Shown piece after piece: positions 51,472 through 61,700 of a DNA stretch of 64,000 bases. The notes under the pieces were generated by a model. It saw nothing but the letters and a program-made list of their open reading frames with translations. It made no database searches and had not been told where the DNA came from. The translations under genes and the position numbers were made by a program. The DNA is from an uncultured Pseudomonadota bacterium (GTDB lineage Bacteria > Desulfobacterota > Binatia > Binatales > Binataceae). The stretch's first letter is position 1; every line of letters starts with the position of its first letter. Location of the stretch: positions 117,680 through 181,679 of the forward strand of contig CAWCJN010000004.1 in assembly GCA_963795945.1 (NCBI GenBank). The letters are read 5' to 3'.

Positions 51472-53229
51472 ATGGCATCCAGAGCGACGACCGGACTAGC
51501 GCACGAAGAGAGAGCTCGGGGCAACCCTTTCAGATCGCAGAAAGTGCGTTCTAACATAATAACTGGCTGGTCTTGCCAATATTTGCCGCCTAATCGCCGT
51601 CATTTAATAAGCTCCATGACATCCGCGATTGCCGCAGGGCAAGCGCTGCTGGTTCTGGTTGGAGATCGAGGATGCGGCAAGAGTGAACTGCTAGATCGTG
51701 TCGTGAATGACCTCTATGATTCCGCACGATCGATTTTTCTGCGGTGCCGGGATGGGGGATCGGCCCAGCTGCCTGCATCGATCCTGGGCGCGCTCGGGGT
51801 TCTCTCAAGTCAGCCCACTCGTACGAAGATGCTCGACACTCTGACGGAAGCTGCACTTCAACAGCGGAGCGCAGGCAAGCGGCTGCTGTTGGTCCTGGAT
51901 GATGCGAGCCAGCTTACCAATGAGTCGATTGAGGCCGTTCTCGAGATAGGGAAGTTGGAAAATGGGAATTGCCGGTTAATTCAAGTAGTACTGTCCGGTG
52001 AACCTGCCTTTTGCGACAGAGTTTCTTCTCTCGCAGGACCCACCTTCGGGCCCGCCGCGATCTGGACCTATAGGATTCCAGCATTTTCCGCGAGCGAAAT
52101 TGGTGAATACATTGAGTATCGGCTGCAAACAGCCGGAGAAATTAGATCGGATGTTTTCGCTGCGACGGCCTGCGCAAGAATTGCCGAGATCAGCGGCGGT
52201 ATTCCGGCCACAATTAATAGCCTATGCGAAAAAGCTCTCGACATTGCCTGGCGCGAGTCAAAAAGAATCGTCGACTCCAACCTTATTGCGCAAGTTGCCG
52301 TTCAGAGTCAATCCGACTTGTGGGATGCGCGAAATCAAGTCGTCGGTAATAGTCCGACAGCGCCGGCTTATTCGCTCAACTCCATTATTCCTGGAGAGCC
52401 GGACTTAAAACCGTTTAGCGCATTCGTTGGTCGGCGCCGATTGATATTTATGGGCGGAGGTATTGTAGCGCTCCTTCTGATTATCGCGGCGATTCTACAC
52501 AACGGTACGTCGCCGGATGATTTCATCGCACAAAACAAGCCGCTGTCATCGCGCCATCAGCTCGACTTGAAAGCGCATACCGGCGGGCGCGCAGGATCGT
52601 CCTCTGCCGAGGGGAGTCGCGCGAACTTGAATTCCGGGGCATCAAAGAACTTCTCAGCATTTGTGCTTAGTCAGAATCGCCCGTTGACGTTATATAAAAG
52701 CCCCTCGCCGCTTCCGAAGATCACGCGATCGGGTGATGGCGAGCCGCAAAAGCCGCAGGAACGGTCAATTATCGGCCGACAATTATCAAAAGATGGTGCA
52801 CGATTACTTAGTACCGGTAACTACGACGATGCTATCAAGACATTTCAAACTGCGCTGATCGCAGATCCAGGAAACCCCGATATACTTGGAGCAATCGAAC
52901 GAGCGAATAAGGCCAAAGCTGCTGAACAAGCTATAGCTAGCGATCAGACTAACAAGTCAATCAAGGATGTTAATGGCTCTGTAAGTTCTTATAGGATTCC
53001 GACGCAGGCGGTTTCTCAACATCACAAGCAAAGGCCTGAGAGCGCCGTACAGGCGCAGGACGCGCTTCAAGTGGGCCAGAAACTACTTGCGCTCGGCAAT
53101 TATGATGAGGCAATCAAGGCGTTTCGCGCTGGTTTAATGATTGACCCACAAAATGAACTGCTGCATATGGAAATGGCGCGTGCGCGCTCCGCTCAAACGG
53201 CTGAGGAGCAGGTCTTGGGCTCACCCTAA
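51472..53229 (+). CDS. ExeA/GspA-like AAA ATPase with central TM segment and C-terminal TPR repeats (EPS-locus associated)
   Basis: Walker A is GDRGCGKSE. Walker B is RLLLVLDDA. A hydrophobic helix is LIFMGGGIVALLLIIAAIL. Two TPR-like units are GNYDDAIKTFQTALIADPGN and GNYDEAIKAFRAGLMIDPQN. Confidence 0.6.
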   Translation: MASRATTGLAHEERARGNPFRSQKVRSNIITGWSCQYLPPNRRHLISSMTSAIAAGQALLVLVGDRGCGKSELLDRVVNDLYDSARSIFLRCRDGGSAQLPASILGALGVLSSQPTRTKMLDTLTEAALQQRSAGKRLLLVLDDASQLTNESIEAVLEIGKLENGNCRLIQVVLSGEPAFCDRVSSLAGPTFGPAAIWTYRIPAFSASEIGEYIEYRLQTAGEIRSDVFAATACARIAEISGGIPATINSLCEKALDIAWRESKRIVDSNLIAQVAVQSQSDLWDARNQVVGNSPTAPAYSLNSIIPGEPDLKPFSAFVGRRRLIFMGGGIVALLLIIAAILHNGTSPDDFIAQNKPLSSRHQLDLKAHTGGRAGSSSAEGSRANLNSGASKNFSAFVLSQNRPLTLYKSPSPLPKITRSGDGEPQKPQERSIIGRQLSKDGARLLSTGNYDDAIKTFQTALIADPGNPDILGAIERANKAKAAEQAIASDQTNKSIKDVNGSVSSYRIPTQAVSQHHKQRPESAVQAQDALQVGQKLLALGNYDEAIKAFRAGLMIDPQNELLHMEMARARSAQTAEEQVLGSP

Positions 53230-53335
53230 TACCTGTTCGATTAAGAAATCGTTCAGTTTTGGCAATAGATCGATTCTAGCGTGTTCGTCGCGCGAAGCTA
53301 TGTCATTGACTATGGGTATTGGCAATGGAGATTCC

Positions 53336-55012
53336 ATGAAACCAGCGCTAGCCGTTCTGATCCTTCCGATTAGCTTGGCGATTTTCGCGGCAGGAACGAA
53401 TGCCGGGCAGAGCCGGTCGCTCAGCCAAAATGATCTACTTAAGCTACTGGCGGGCGGAGTTTATCCGTCCCGGGTTGCCGACCTAGTAGAAGCGCGAGGC
53501 ATAACCTTCACTCCGACACAGCGCGATCTCGCCTCGCTGCGCGATGCGGGTGGAGGTGATGTCGTAGAGAAAGCAGTAGTTATTGCCGGACACCTCACCA
53601 CTCAACAGGAATTGAAATTGCCCAAGCCGCGACGACAGGTACCGCCTCATTCTCACAATTTCCAAAATCAGATACCACCGCCATCATCGCCAGCCTTGGT
53701 CGTTCATCAGGTTTCACCATCACAACCCGCACCAATAAAAGCGGCTGTGGTGAAACCTGTCAACAATTTGCCTGTGCCGCCGGACGTAGTCCGAAACTCG
53801 ATTGCGATCGGTACTCGAATTGACGCACAAAATTGGCGAAATTATCAGCAATATATGCCGACGGGAATGATCAACTTGCTACGCGGCGGTTATTTCTGGC
53901 AAATGCCTGCCGATTTCGAGATGGAGATCAGCCCAACGAGCAGTCATCGGCCCTCACGCAGCTATGAGGAAGCGACCGCAAAATACAGCGGCGACGTGCG
54001 TATTGTGCAGCTTCCCGATGGACGACGCGATCTTAAGAATTATCGTGGAGGGGAGCCTTTCCCGAATCCTCAATCACCGGATAAAGGTTACAAGCTGCTT
54101 GCGGATTTGTGGTACGCCTACGTTCCATATCTGATTGCCGGCACACCTGATAATCCTCTGACGATTTGCTCAATGACGCGCCAATCTTATGCTAGCTGCG
54201 TGAAATTGTCTTATGTATTCCGCCAGATAGCATACAACACCGATCCGAGAGCTACGTCCACAAACGATGATTCCAATAAGTATTGGTACACCGAATGGAT
54301 GTCTATCGAGCAGCCAGAGCAGTTAAGGTACACTACTCAACTAACGCTCTATCCCAAAAGCAGCCAGTCTCCGATTGAACAGTTCACTTTTATTCCATCG
54401 CTACGACGCTGGACGAGAGTTTCGTTGGCTGCGCGCTGTAGTCCAGTAGTAGGTACCGATTACACGCAGGATGATTTCAAGCGAGAAGGTTTTAATGGCG
54501 GGATAGGATCGTTTAATGCCGAATTTCTTGGTCATCAGAAACTGCTCGCATTAGACAGTACCGATGTCCCCGTACTGGGTGATTTTCCTTCTGGTTATTA
54601 TGCGACAATCGGATGGCCAAGGCCGGCGTGGGTCAAATGGGAACTGCGCGACGTCGATGTAGTTGACGTGAGACGAAATTCTGCTGAACAGGCAGGCTAC
54701 TGCTATGGCAAACGAATCATCTACGAAGATTCTGAATCGCACTATGCATTGTGGGAAGATGTTTACGACCGCAAGATGCGATTTTGGAAAACCGGGTTTA
54801 TCGCGCAGCACACCATTCAATCGAGTGATTTGGGAACTGTTCCCGGTGCGTTCACCTCAACCGCATGGGACGTAAAGCAGGGGCATATCACTAATACTAC
54901 CACGCGAAGTCCTGGCGGCCGCGATATGCTGGCCGGCGCCGACGTTCCCGCCGAGTACCGCGATTCACGCGCCTATTCGACTTTGTCCGGCCTCGCAGAA
55001 ATAATGAAATAG
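53336..55012 (+). CDS. secreted protein with Pro-rich linker and a DUF1329-like (LolA-like) C-terminal domain
   Basis: Signal peptide MKPALAVLILPISLAIFAAGTNA. A small N-terminal domain precedes a Pro-rich linker (PKPRRQVPPHSHNFQNQIPPPSSP...). After that come NWRNYQQYMPTGMINLLRGGYF...YRGGEPFPNP, recalled as DUF1329 motifs. Family assignment is from memory. Confidence 0.45.
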   Translation: MKPALAVLILPISLAIFAAGTNAGQSRSLSQNDLLKLLAGGVYPSRVADLVEARGITFTPTQRDLASLRDAGGGDVVEKAVVIAGHLTTQQELKLPKPRRQVPPHSHNFQNQIPPPSSPALVVHQVSPSQPAPIKAAVVKPVNNLPVPPDVVRNSIAIGTRIDAQNWRNYQQYMPTGMINLLRGGYFWQMPADFEMEISPTSSHRPSRSYEEATAKYSGDVRIVQLPDGRRDLKNYRGGEPFPNPQSPDKGYKLLADLWYAYVPYLIAGTPDNPLTICSMTRQSYASCVKLSYVFRQIAYNTDPRATSTNDDSNKYWYTEWMSIEQPEQLRYTTQLTLYPKSSQSPIEQFTFIPSLRRWTRVSLAARCSPVVGTDYTQDDFKREGFNGGIGSFNAEFLGHQKLLALDSTDVPVLGDFPSGYYATIGWPRPAWVKWELRDVDVVDVRRNSAEQAGYCYGKRIIYEDSESHYALWEDVYDRKMRFWKTGFIAQHTIQSSDLGTVPGAFTSTAWDVKQGHITNTTTRSPGGRDMLAGADVPAEYRDSRAYSTLSGLAEIMK

Positions 55013-55403
55013 ATTCTCCAAAATTTTGCGCTCCTGCGTAAGCATGACCAGAGGGGCTTCGATTTATTTAGGCGGAGCCCTGTCACTCATCAGCTTGCTC
55101 GCAAGCGTGCTCCAATCCCGCCTCAAATGTTTGCCATTTATACAATCGTCACGAATTATCAACATCTCTGCTCAACAAGGGATCATATTAACGCCTTTAT
55201 CCCACAAGCTGGATAAAAGTGGGACGCACGATCTCCATTCAAATAGTAGCATTTGCTCGCGGTTGGGGGTGGCAGGAACAAATTCTTCTAGCTTGGGAGG
55301 TTGAGCATGCCCTGAGCACAAGGGAGGGCGGACGCATGCATGAAGCAAGGCAATCGCAGTTACCGATAGTTTCAAGACACTCAATAAATGAAGCAATTAA
55401 ATA

Positions 55404-56609
55404 GTGGTTACACGATCAAAGCGATCTATTAGCCTCTCTCATCTACTTCTGGGGCTAGGAATTTTGCTTGGATGTGGAAGCTCCGCCTTTCCACCTCAGA
55501 CGCAAATTGAGTCTCCGGCTGTCCCTACAAACGGACAGGTGCCCAAAGATCAATCAAGCAACACTATATCGGCTAATGACAATATTGATGAAGCCTCGCT
55601 CGATGCACTCTGGAAGCATCGTATGGAGGAAAAATCCAGCGATAACCCCGCTCGCAATTTCACTCTTGGCGCGGGTGACTTGCTGCGCATTTCCGTTCCG
55701 CAGATCGATCAATTACGTGAGCGTACAGTCAGGGTCTCTGAGGATAACACTATAGCATTGCCACTTCTGGGAACATTCAGTGTGGCCGGTATGACAGAAG
55801 ATGAGCTTCGCCTGCAGCTGACTCACCGTGTCGCCAAATATATGTATCATCCGCAGGTCGAGGTGTTCTTACAACATACTGAAAACCGGCAAGTGGCAAT
55901 TATGGGTTCGGTGAAAAGACCTGGCCGCTATATGCTGGCCAGCCGCGAAGATACGCTAATGACTGTAATAAGCCGTTCCGGCGGGTTCGCCGACAATGCT
56001 TCATCACGTATTATACTTGTCCCTGCTCCTGTCTCGAGTAGCAGGGACAAGTTGACTCAAGCCAATAGACCTGAATCCGGCACTCCGACTTTACCGGTCC
56101 TCGCCGAAATCGATCCTGCCAAAAAAGCTGCCTTGGATGCGCCTGATACACTACTTGACGGAAAGAACCAGGGTGGGACGTCGTTGCAGTTCTCCAACGA
56201 CGATCAGTATTTGATAGATCTCTCTCATCCGTCTAATCAACGTTATTTAGAAATGGCCGCAGAGCAAGGAGATGTCATTATTGTTCCGGCCGCGGGCCAG
56301 GTCACAGTCCAAGGTTGGGTGGACAAGCCAGGCGCCTTCACAATAACACCCGGTATGACAGTGCTGGGCAGCATTGCCGCCGCCGGCGGCGCCAACTTCA
56401 CCACTTCCGCCACTCTTCTGCGTACGCAAGAGACTGGCGGAAAGCTTTCAATACCATTTGACTTATCAAAGCTTAAACGAGGCGAACAGCCTGACCTAGC
56501 CGTTCAAAGTGGCGACGTGTTAATTGTCAATAAATCGATAATAGGTGCAGTACCTTACACTTTATACTTTCTTATCGACAAGATTGGACTAGGTCTTCCG
56601 CTATTTTGA
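55404..56609 (+). CDS. Wza/GumB-type polysaccharide export outer-membrane lipoprotein
   Basis: Lipobox LLGCGSS. The Poly_export motif is LGAGDLLRISVPQ...TIALPLLGTFSVAGMTEDELRLQL. SLBB-like repeats include VAIMGSVKRPGRYML. Confidence 0.8.
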   Translation: MVTRSKRSISLSHLLLGLGILLGCGSSAFPPQTQIESPAVPTNGQVPKDQSSNTISANDNIDEASLDALWKHRMEEKSSDNPARNFTLGAGDLLRISVPQIDQLRERTVRVSEDNTIALPLLGTFSVAGMTEDELRLQLTHRVAKYMYHPQVEVFLQHTENRQVAIMGSVKRPGRYMLASREDTLMTVISRSGGFADNASSRIILVPAPVSSSRDKLTQANRPESGTPTLPVLAEIDPAKKAALDAPDTLLDGKNQGGTSLQFSNDDQYLIDLSHPSNQRYLEMAAEQGDVIIVPAAGQVTVQGWVDKPGAFTITPGMTVLGSIAAAGGANFTTSATLLRTQETGGKLSIPFDLSKLKRGEQPDLAVQSGDVLIVNKSIIGAVPYTLYFLIDKIGLGLPLF

Positions 56610-56695
56610 TTCTTTCTCTTACCTATGGTTTGAGGCCGGATCTCTAAACACTTCCACTCTCTCTGGTATGTAGAACATAATCGGTAGAATTATTA

Positions 56696-58996
56696 GTGCA
56701 AGAACAATCACATTACTGGTTACAGGCTGTATCTCCAACTACGCCAGCCGACCCAAATCGAGCCACTGCAATACCCTTTGAGCCGGCAGCGGAGCCGTTC
56801 AATCCATGGAGCTATTGGCCAGTTGTACGGCGCCACCTGATTCCTATTTTATTGCTCTTTCTGATTGTGGAGATTTTAACTTTCTTAGTTCTTCTCACAA
56901 GACCTCAGCTTTATACAGCTGTCGGAACTATCCTTATTGATCGACAAACCCCCGAAGTCCTTGCATCGAAGTCGCAAGATCAACAGCCCGATCCGGACTC
57001 CGGGGAAACTTTTTATAATACGCAATATGAAATTCTTAGCAGTCGCAGTCTTGCAGCTACGGTAATACATGATCTCGGACTGGAGACTAATTCGAGCTTT
57101 GTCGGGATTACCGCACCGCCCAGCAGGCTGAGCGTCTTTTCCAGCTGGCTAACTTCGCTGATTTCTTCGACTCTCTTCGAGAAAAGTAAAAATCAGTCTT
57201 TCACTCGTCAGCAACCAGAGCTGTTCGGAGTCAAATCGCGCAGCATCGATCTTTATCTGCAAGATTTAACGATACGACCTCATCCCAATACCAGCGTAGC
57301 TTCGATCGCGATTACCACTGGAAGTCCGGTCCTATCGGCGGAAATAGCGAATGCCCACATTCATGCCTTTATCCGTCAGAACTATACAGAAAATTCTCGC
57401 AGTGGAGCTGAAGCCGAAAAATACTTGCTCGGCAAACTTGACGAACTTGAGAGACGAATCGAGAAATCGGAAGGGGCGCTGAACGACTATCGGCGCCAGC
57501 GGGGGGTTCTTGCATTCTCGCTTGACGATAAAGATCAGATGGTCAGTGACCGGATGGCCACTTTAAACCGTGACCTGGTGCAAGCCGAGGCGCAACGCAT
57601 CGCCTTGGAAGCAGACGTCGCCACCATAAAGAATAGCGACGTTCAGTCGCTGCCGGCAGTTACTGAGAGTCCGCTTATCCAAAGATTGCGCGAGCAGGGC
57701 GCCACGCTAGAAGGCCAATATGCCAGTCTGTCGAATCAATTTACCCCAGACTATCCTCCTGTTGCACAGTTACATGCTCAACTGGCAGAGATTCGACAAC
57801 AAGAGCAGCACGAGATCAAAAAGATCGTCGATAGTCTGACCACTAAATACCAAGTGGCAGTGGCGCAGGAACAAAAACTGAAAGACGATTTTGAGCACGA
57901 AAAAGCACAGGCAATGTCACTTAAGGACGCATCTTTGCATGATGTGGTCCTGAGTCGCGAAGTGGAAACTAATCGAGCACTCTACCAAAGCGTGCTTGAG
58001 AGAATAAAGGTTCTCGGTGTGGATCGAGATTCTCAGGTCACCAATGTTATGACGATCAATCCGGCGGAGGTCCCGACGACAGCTTCTAGTCCAAAAAAGA
58101 AGCTGAGTCTCGTCGTAAGTGGATTTCTCGCTCTTCTGATAGGTATCGGAATCGCGTTGATCCGAGAGGCTGGCGACAGTGGGCTCAAAAGTGCCGACGA
58201 CGTCGAAACTTTTCTCCGGATGCCGAATCTCGCACGAATTCCTCACTTCAATGATCCATTAAAGCGGCGGGGGATGCTTGAGAGACTCACACAGCGAAAG
58301 CGTGAGCGGCTAAATGCTCCTGTGATCGATCGGGCTCTTCCGGTACCGGATGCGCTGGCTCTGGCTGGCGAAGCCTATCGGTCAATTCGGACAGGCATTC
58401 TTCTATCTCGCTCTGAGACGCGGCCAACTACGATATTACTCAGTAGCGCCGGTGCGAGAGAGGGCAAGACATTAACCGCAGTCAATACGGCCATAGTTTT
58501 CGCCCAGATGTTCGATCGGGTACTACTCATAGACGCCGATCTGCGACGGCCTCGCTGTCATGAAATTATCGGCTGTAATAATGGACCAGGTCTCACCGAA
58601 GTATTGACGGGTTTCAGCAGTCTTCACGAAGCCATCCAGACGACGAGAATGAAGGGGCTATTTCTGCTCAGCGCGGGAGTGGCAGCACCTAACCCGACGG
58701 AGCTTTTGAGCTCTAAGAAAATGAAAGAAATTTTGTCGGCCGCTGCCTCGTCCTATCAGCAGGTATTGATTGATTGTCCGCCAATTCTGCCGGTAAGCGA
58801 TTCTATTCTTTTGTCTATTATCGTGGATGGTGTGGTGATTGTTGCAAACGGCCGAACGCCAAGGACTCTCGTTCGCGAAGCGTGCGGACGACTAATCTAT
58901 GTTGGATCGAAAATCCTGGGTGTTGTCCTTAATGACGTTGAGCTGAATCATCGACAACATTATGAATCATATTATCTTTACGGCTCAAATCGCTAG
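56696..58996 (+). CDS. Wzc-like polysaccharide copolymerase with C-terminal BY tyrosine autokinase
   Basis: N-terminal Wzz/chain-length-determinant region with two TM helices and a long coiled-coil periplasmic region. C-terminal Walker A (SSAGAREGKTLTAVNTA), A' (LLIDADLRRP) and B (VLIDCPPILPVSD) motifs, with a terminal Tyr cluster (HYESYYLYGSNR). Confidence 0.85.
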   Translation: MQEQSHYWLQAVSPTTPADPNRATAIPFEPAAEPFNPWSYWPVVRRHLIPILLLFLIVEILTFLVLLTRPQLYTAVGTILIDRQTPEVLASKSQDQQPDPDSGETFYNTQYEILSSRSLAATVIHDLGLETNSSFVGITAPPSRLSVFSSWLTSLISSTLFEKSKNQSFTRQQPELFGVKSRSIDLYLQDLTIRPHPNTSVASIAITTGSPVLSAEIANAHIHAFIRQNYTENSRSGAEAEKYLLGKLDELERRIEKSEGALNDYRRQRGVLAFSLDDKDQMVSDRMATLNRDLVQAEAQRIALEADVATIKNSDVQSLPAVTESPLIQRLREQGATLEGQYASLSNQFTPDYPPVAQLHAQLAEIRQQEQHEIKKIVDSLTTKYQVAVAQEQKLKDDFEHEKAQAMSLKDASLHDVVLSREVETNRALYQSVLERIKVLGVDRDSQVTNVMTINPAEVPTTASSPKKKLSLVVSGFLALLIGIGIALIREAGDSGLKSADDVETFLRMPNLARIPHFNDPLKRRGMLERLTQRKRERLNAPVIDRALPVPDALALAGEAYRSIRTGILLSRSETRPTTILLSSAGAREGKTLTAVNTAIVFAQMFDRVLLIDADLRRPRCHEIIGCNNGPGLTEVLTGFSSLHEAIQTTRMKGLFLLSAGVAAPNPTELLSSKKMKEILSAAASSYQQVLIDCPPILPVSDSILLSIIVDGVVIVANGRTPRTLVREACGRLIYVGSKILGVVLNDVELNHRQHYESYYLYGSNR

Positions 58997-59061
58997 TCTT
59001 TAGCCAACTTCTGGCAGCTTCTGCCTTTCCACATTTTAAGTTTGTAGATCAAAGCATCGTT

Positions 59062-60264
59062 GTGATTGCCAATTCTAAGCCTATCAGAATAGCAAGAATC
59101 ATTACACGCTTTGGCGTAGGTGGCGTGGAACGACACGTGTCCACATTAACAGCTAATTTGGATCGCACGAAGTTTCACAGCTGGTTGATTACTGGTCGGG
59201 CAGAACAAAATGAACGAGAATGCATGGAACTTGCCGCCGAGGCCGGTATCGAGCCTGTAATTATCCAGCGCATGCGACGTAGACTAAGTCTCTGGGATGT
59301 CAGCGCCTCAGTTGCACTGTACTCAACTTTATCACGCATACGTCCGCAAATCGTTGAAACTCATCAGAGCAAAGCAGGCGCGCTCGGACGAACTATGGCT
59401 CGCCTCAGCTTTCATCCGCTTCGACCCAAGCCTGTGCTGATCCACACTTTTCACGGCCACCAGTTTCAAGGGTACTTTAAAAATTCAGTATCCAGAGTAT
59501 TCGTGGCCGTCGAACGCAGGTTAGCTCGATTCACCGATATGATTATTACTGTTACGCCAACTATTCGCAGGCAGCTTCTTAATGAGTATCGAATAGCGTC
59601 GGCCGATAAGATTAGAGTTGTGCCGCTCGGCTTTGACTTTGCTTGGACTGACCAACTTCAGCAAGGTCGCGGCTGGCTTCGAGCGCTCGTTCAGGCAAAT
59701 GAGTCGACGATTCTGTTCGGAACGGTGTGCCGTCTGACCGAGATAAAAAACCTTGCTTTTTTGTTACGTGCGTTCGCGCGCCTATCGGCTAAACACCCAA
59801 CAAATACGCGTCTGGTTATTGTCGGTGATGGTGAACTGCGCGAGCGTCTTCAAGCTTTGGCGGCTGAATTGAATATTTCCCAGCATGTATCTTTTGTCGG
59901 TATAATTTATGATCGTTCACGAATCTTTGCTGACCTCGATGTGACTTGTCTTACATCACGCAATGAAGGGTCCCCGCTGTGCCTGATTGAGAGTATCGCA
60001 GCCGGTGTTCCTGTAGTTGCAACGAAAGTTGGCGGAGTCGCAGATGTTGTTACATCATCGTTCGATGGTGAATTGGTAGAGCCCAACAACGAGGAAGCGT
60101 TCGCTGCAGCTCTCGAACGAGTCGCTGCTCAACGTAATCGAATTTCAAGCGAGCGAAGTCTCTCTCTTAAAACTTATTATTCAATTCCACGATTGATTAA
60201 AAACATGGAAGAAATATATACCGAGTTGCTCGACCGATACCGTGTTCTGGCGATGGCGTCTTAA
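59062..60264 (+). CDS. family-4 glycosyltransferase (GT-B)
   Basis: EGSPLCLIESIAAGVPVVATKVGGVADVV is the GT4 E-x7-E region. Confidence 0.85.
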   Translation: MIANSKPIRIARIITRFGVGGVERHVSTLTANLDRTKFHSWLITGRAEQNERECMELAAEAGIEPVIIQRMRRRLSLWDVSASVALYSTLSRIRPQIVETHQSKAGALGRTMARLSFHPLRPKPVLIHTFHGHQFQGYFKNSVSRVFVAVERRLARFTDMIITVTPTIRRQLLNEYRIASADKIRVVPLGFDFAWTDQLQQGRGWLRALVQANESTILFGTVCRLTEIKNLAFLLRAFARLSAKHPTNTRLVIVGDGELRERLQALAAELNISQHVSFVGIIYDRSRIFADLDVTCLTSRNEGSPLCLIESIAAGVPVVATKVGGVADVVTSSFDGELVEPNNEEAFAAALERVAAQRNRISSERSLSLKTYYSIPRLIKNMEEIYTELLDRYRVLAMAS

Positions 60265-60293
60265 CGCTTTCAAATTATTTTACGTTCAGACTG

Positions 60294-61697
60294 ATGATGT
60301 TCGTCAATTTGCTCTCGCGCTGCACACTCTGGCTTCGCACTTCCCTTGCCGGGCGCATATTTAGCGCCGCTCTTCTCATCGCAGTCTTTTCAACCATAGT
60401 TAAAGCTATGGGCTTCGGTAAAGAAATACTTGTTGCGCGCTACTTTGGCGCGGATGATGCGCTTGATTCTTTCTATGCCGCCTTTGTGCTGCCCACATTT
60501 CTAATTGGAATAATTGCAAACTCATGCAACGATGCGTTTATACCTACTTATCTGCAAGTGTATGAGCATCACGGCCATGAATCTGCGCAGAGATTGCTAT
60601 CTAGCATTTGCACTATTTATGTTCTCATCCTTTTCACAGTTTCGTTGTTACTTGCGCTCTCCCAAGGCTGGATACTGCCGCTTTTGGCCTCAGGCTTTGG
60701 GCCCGCAAAGCTTCATCGGACCCGGTTACTGTTTTACGTCCTAGTCAGTACTCTTGCATTGAGCGGCATTAGTGCCCTGTGGCGCGCGGTTTTGAATGCT
60801 CACGAGCGCTTCGCTCTCACCGCAATCGCACCAATTGCCTTTCCTGCATCGATCACGCTCTTATTAGTAGCACGAGCATCGATATGGGGAATATATGCTT
60901 TAGTAAGCGGTTCAATCATCGGCTTGATTATTGAGCTATCGGTTAATGGGTATGGGGTATCACGTTTGGGATTGCGACTACTGCCGCGCTGGCATGGTTA
61001 TGACTCGCGTGTGCGTCAAGTGCTAAACCAATCTTTGCCTGCGGGCGCATCCGCTCTCTTGATGGGATCGACAGTTCTTGTGGATCAATCTATGGCTGCA
61101 ATGTTGGGCCCCGGCAAAATCTCAGCATTGAATTATGCTAATCGGATTGTATCAATAGTTTTAAGTGTGGGAGCTACATCACTTTCCATCGCCATCTTTC
61201 CATCCCTTTCACGGCTTTGCGCAAACGGTAATTGGGAGAGCATCAGGCGAGTGATTTCGACTTACTGCTACATTATCCTTTTGATTACAATTCCAATCAC
61301 ACTTGTATTAATCGGCTTTTCAGACTCAATTGTCCGTCTCTCGTTTCAACGCGGGGCCTTTACGGTGCAAGTCGCGCATCTTGTTGCGCATGTTCAGTCG
61401 TTGCTGGCACTGGAAGTTCCGTTCTATGCACTTTGCATCTTATGCGCGAGCGCAATCTGTGCATTGAAGCGCAACAGCATTCTTCTGTATGGTACAGTCA
61501 TCTGCGTCGTCGCAAATGTCACCTTAAACTATTGGTTTATGAAAGTACTAGGACTTCCCGGCATCGCGCTTTCGACTAGTGCTGTATATGTGCTTTCATT
61601 CATCTACTTGCGTCTAGCGCTTAATCGAGCTCTGAGTAGAGAAGAAACGAATGTCACGAAAGTCCCCGCAGGAGTTATTGAGCCGGAACCTGTTTAG
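60294..61697 (+). CDS. MurJ/MviN-family (MOP superfamily) flippase, probable EPS repeat-unit flippase
   Basis: 467 aa, about 14 TM helices. The N-terminal ARYFGADDALDSFYAAFVLPTFL matches the MviN signature (fGa...DAf.vAf.lP). Confidence 0.75.
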   Translation: MMFVNLLSRCTLWLRTSLAGRIFSAALLIAVFSTIVKAMGFGKEILVARYFGADDALDSFYAAFVLPTFLIGIIANSCNDAFIPTYLQVYEHHGHESAQRLLSSICTIYVLILFTVSLLLALSQGWILPLLASGFGPAKLHRTRLLFYVLVSTLALSGISALWRAVLNAHERFALTAIAPIAFPASITLLLVARASIWGIYALVSGSIIGLIIELSVNGYGVSRLGLRLLPRWHGYDSRVRQVLNQSLPAGASALLMGSTVLVDQSMAAMLGPGKISALNYANRIVSIVLSVGATSLSIAIFPSLSRLCANGNWESIRRVISTYCYIILLITIPITLVLIGFSDSIVRLSFQRGAFTVQVAHLVAHVQSLLALEVPFYALCILCASAICALKRNSILLYGTVICVVANVTLNYWFMKVLGLPGIALSTSAVYVLSFIYLRLALNRALSREETNVTKVPAGVIEPEPV

Positions 61698-61700
61698 CAA

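Noticed and set aside
55026-55404. Small ORFs between the DUF1329-like gene and wza (55026-55304, 55219-55404)
   Set aside because: This is an AT-rich promoter region. The translations have no motifs.
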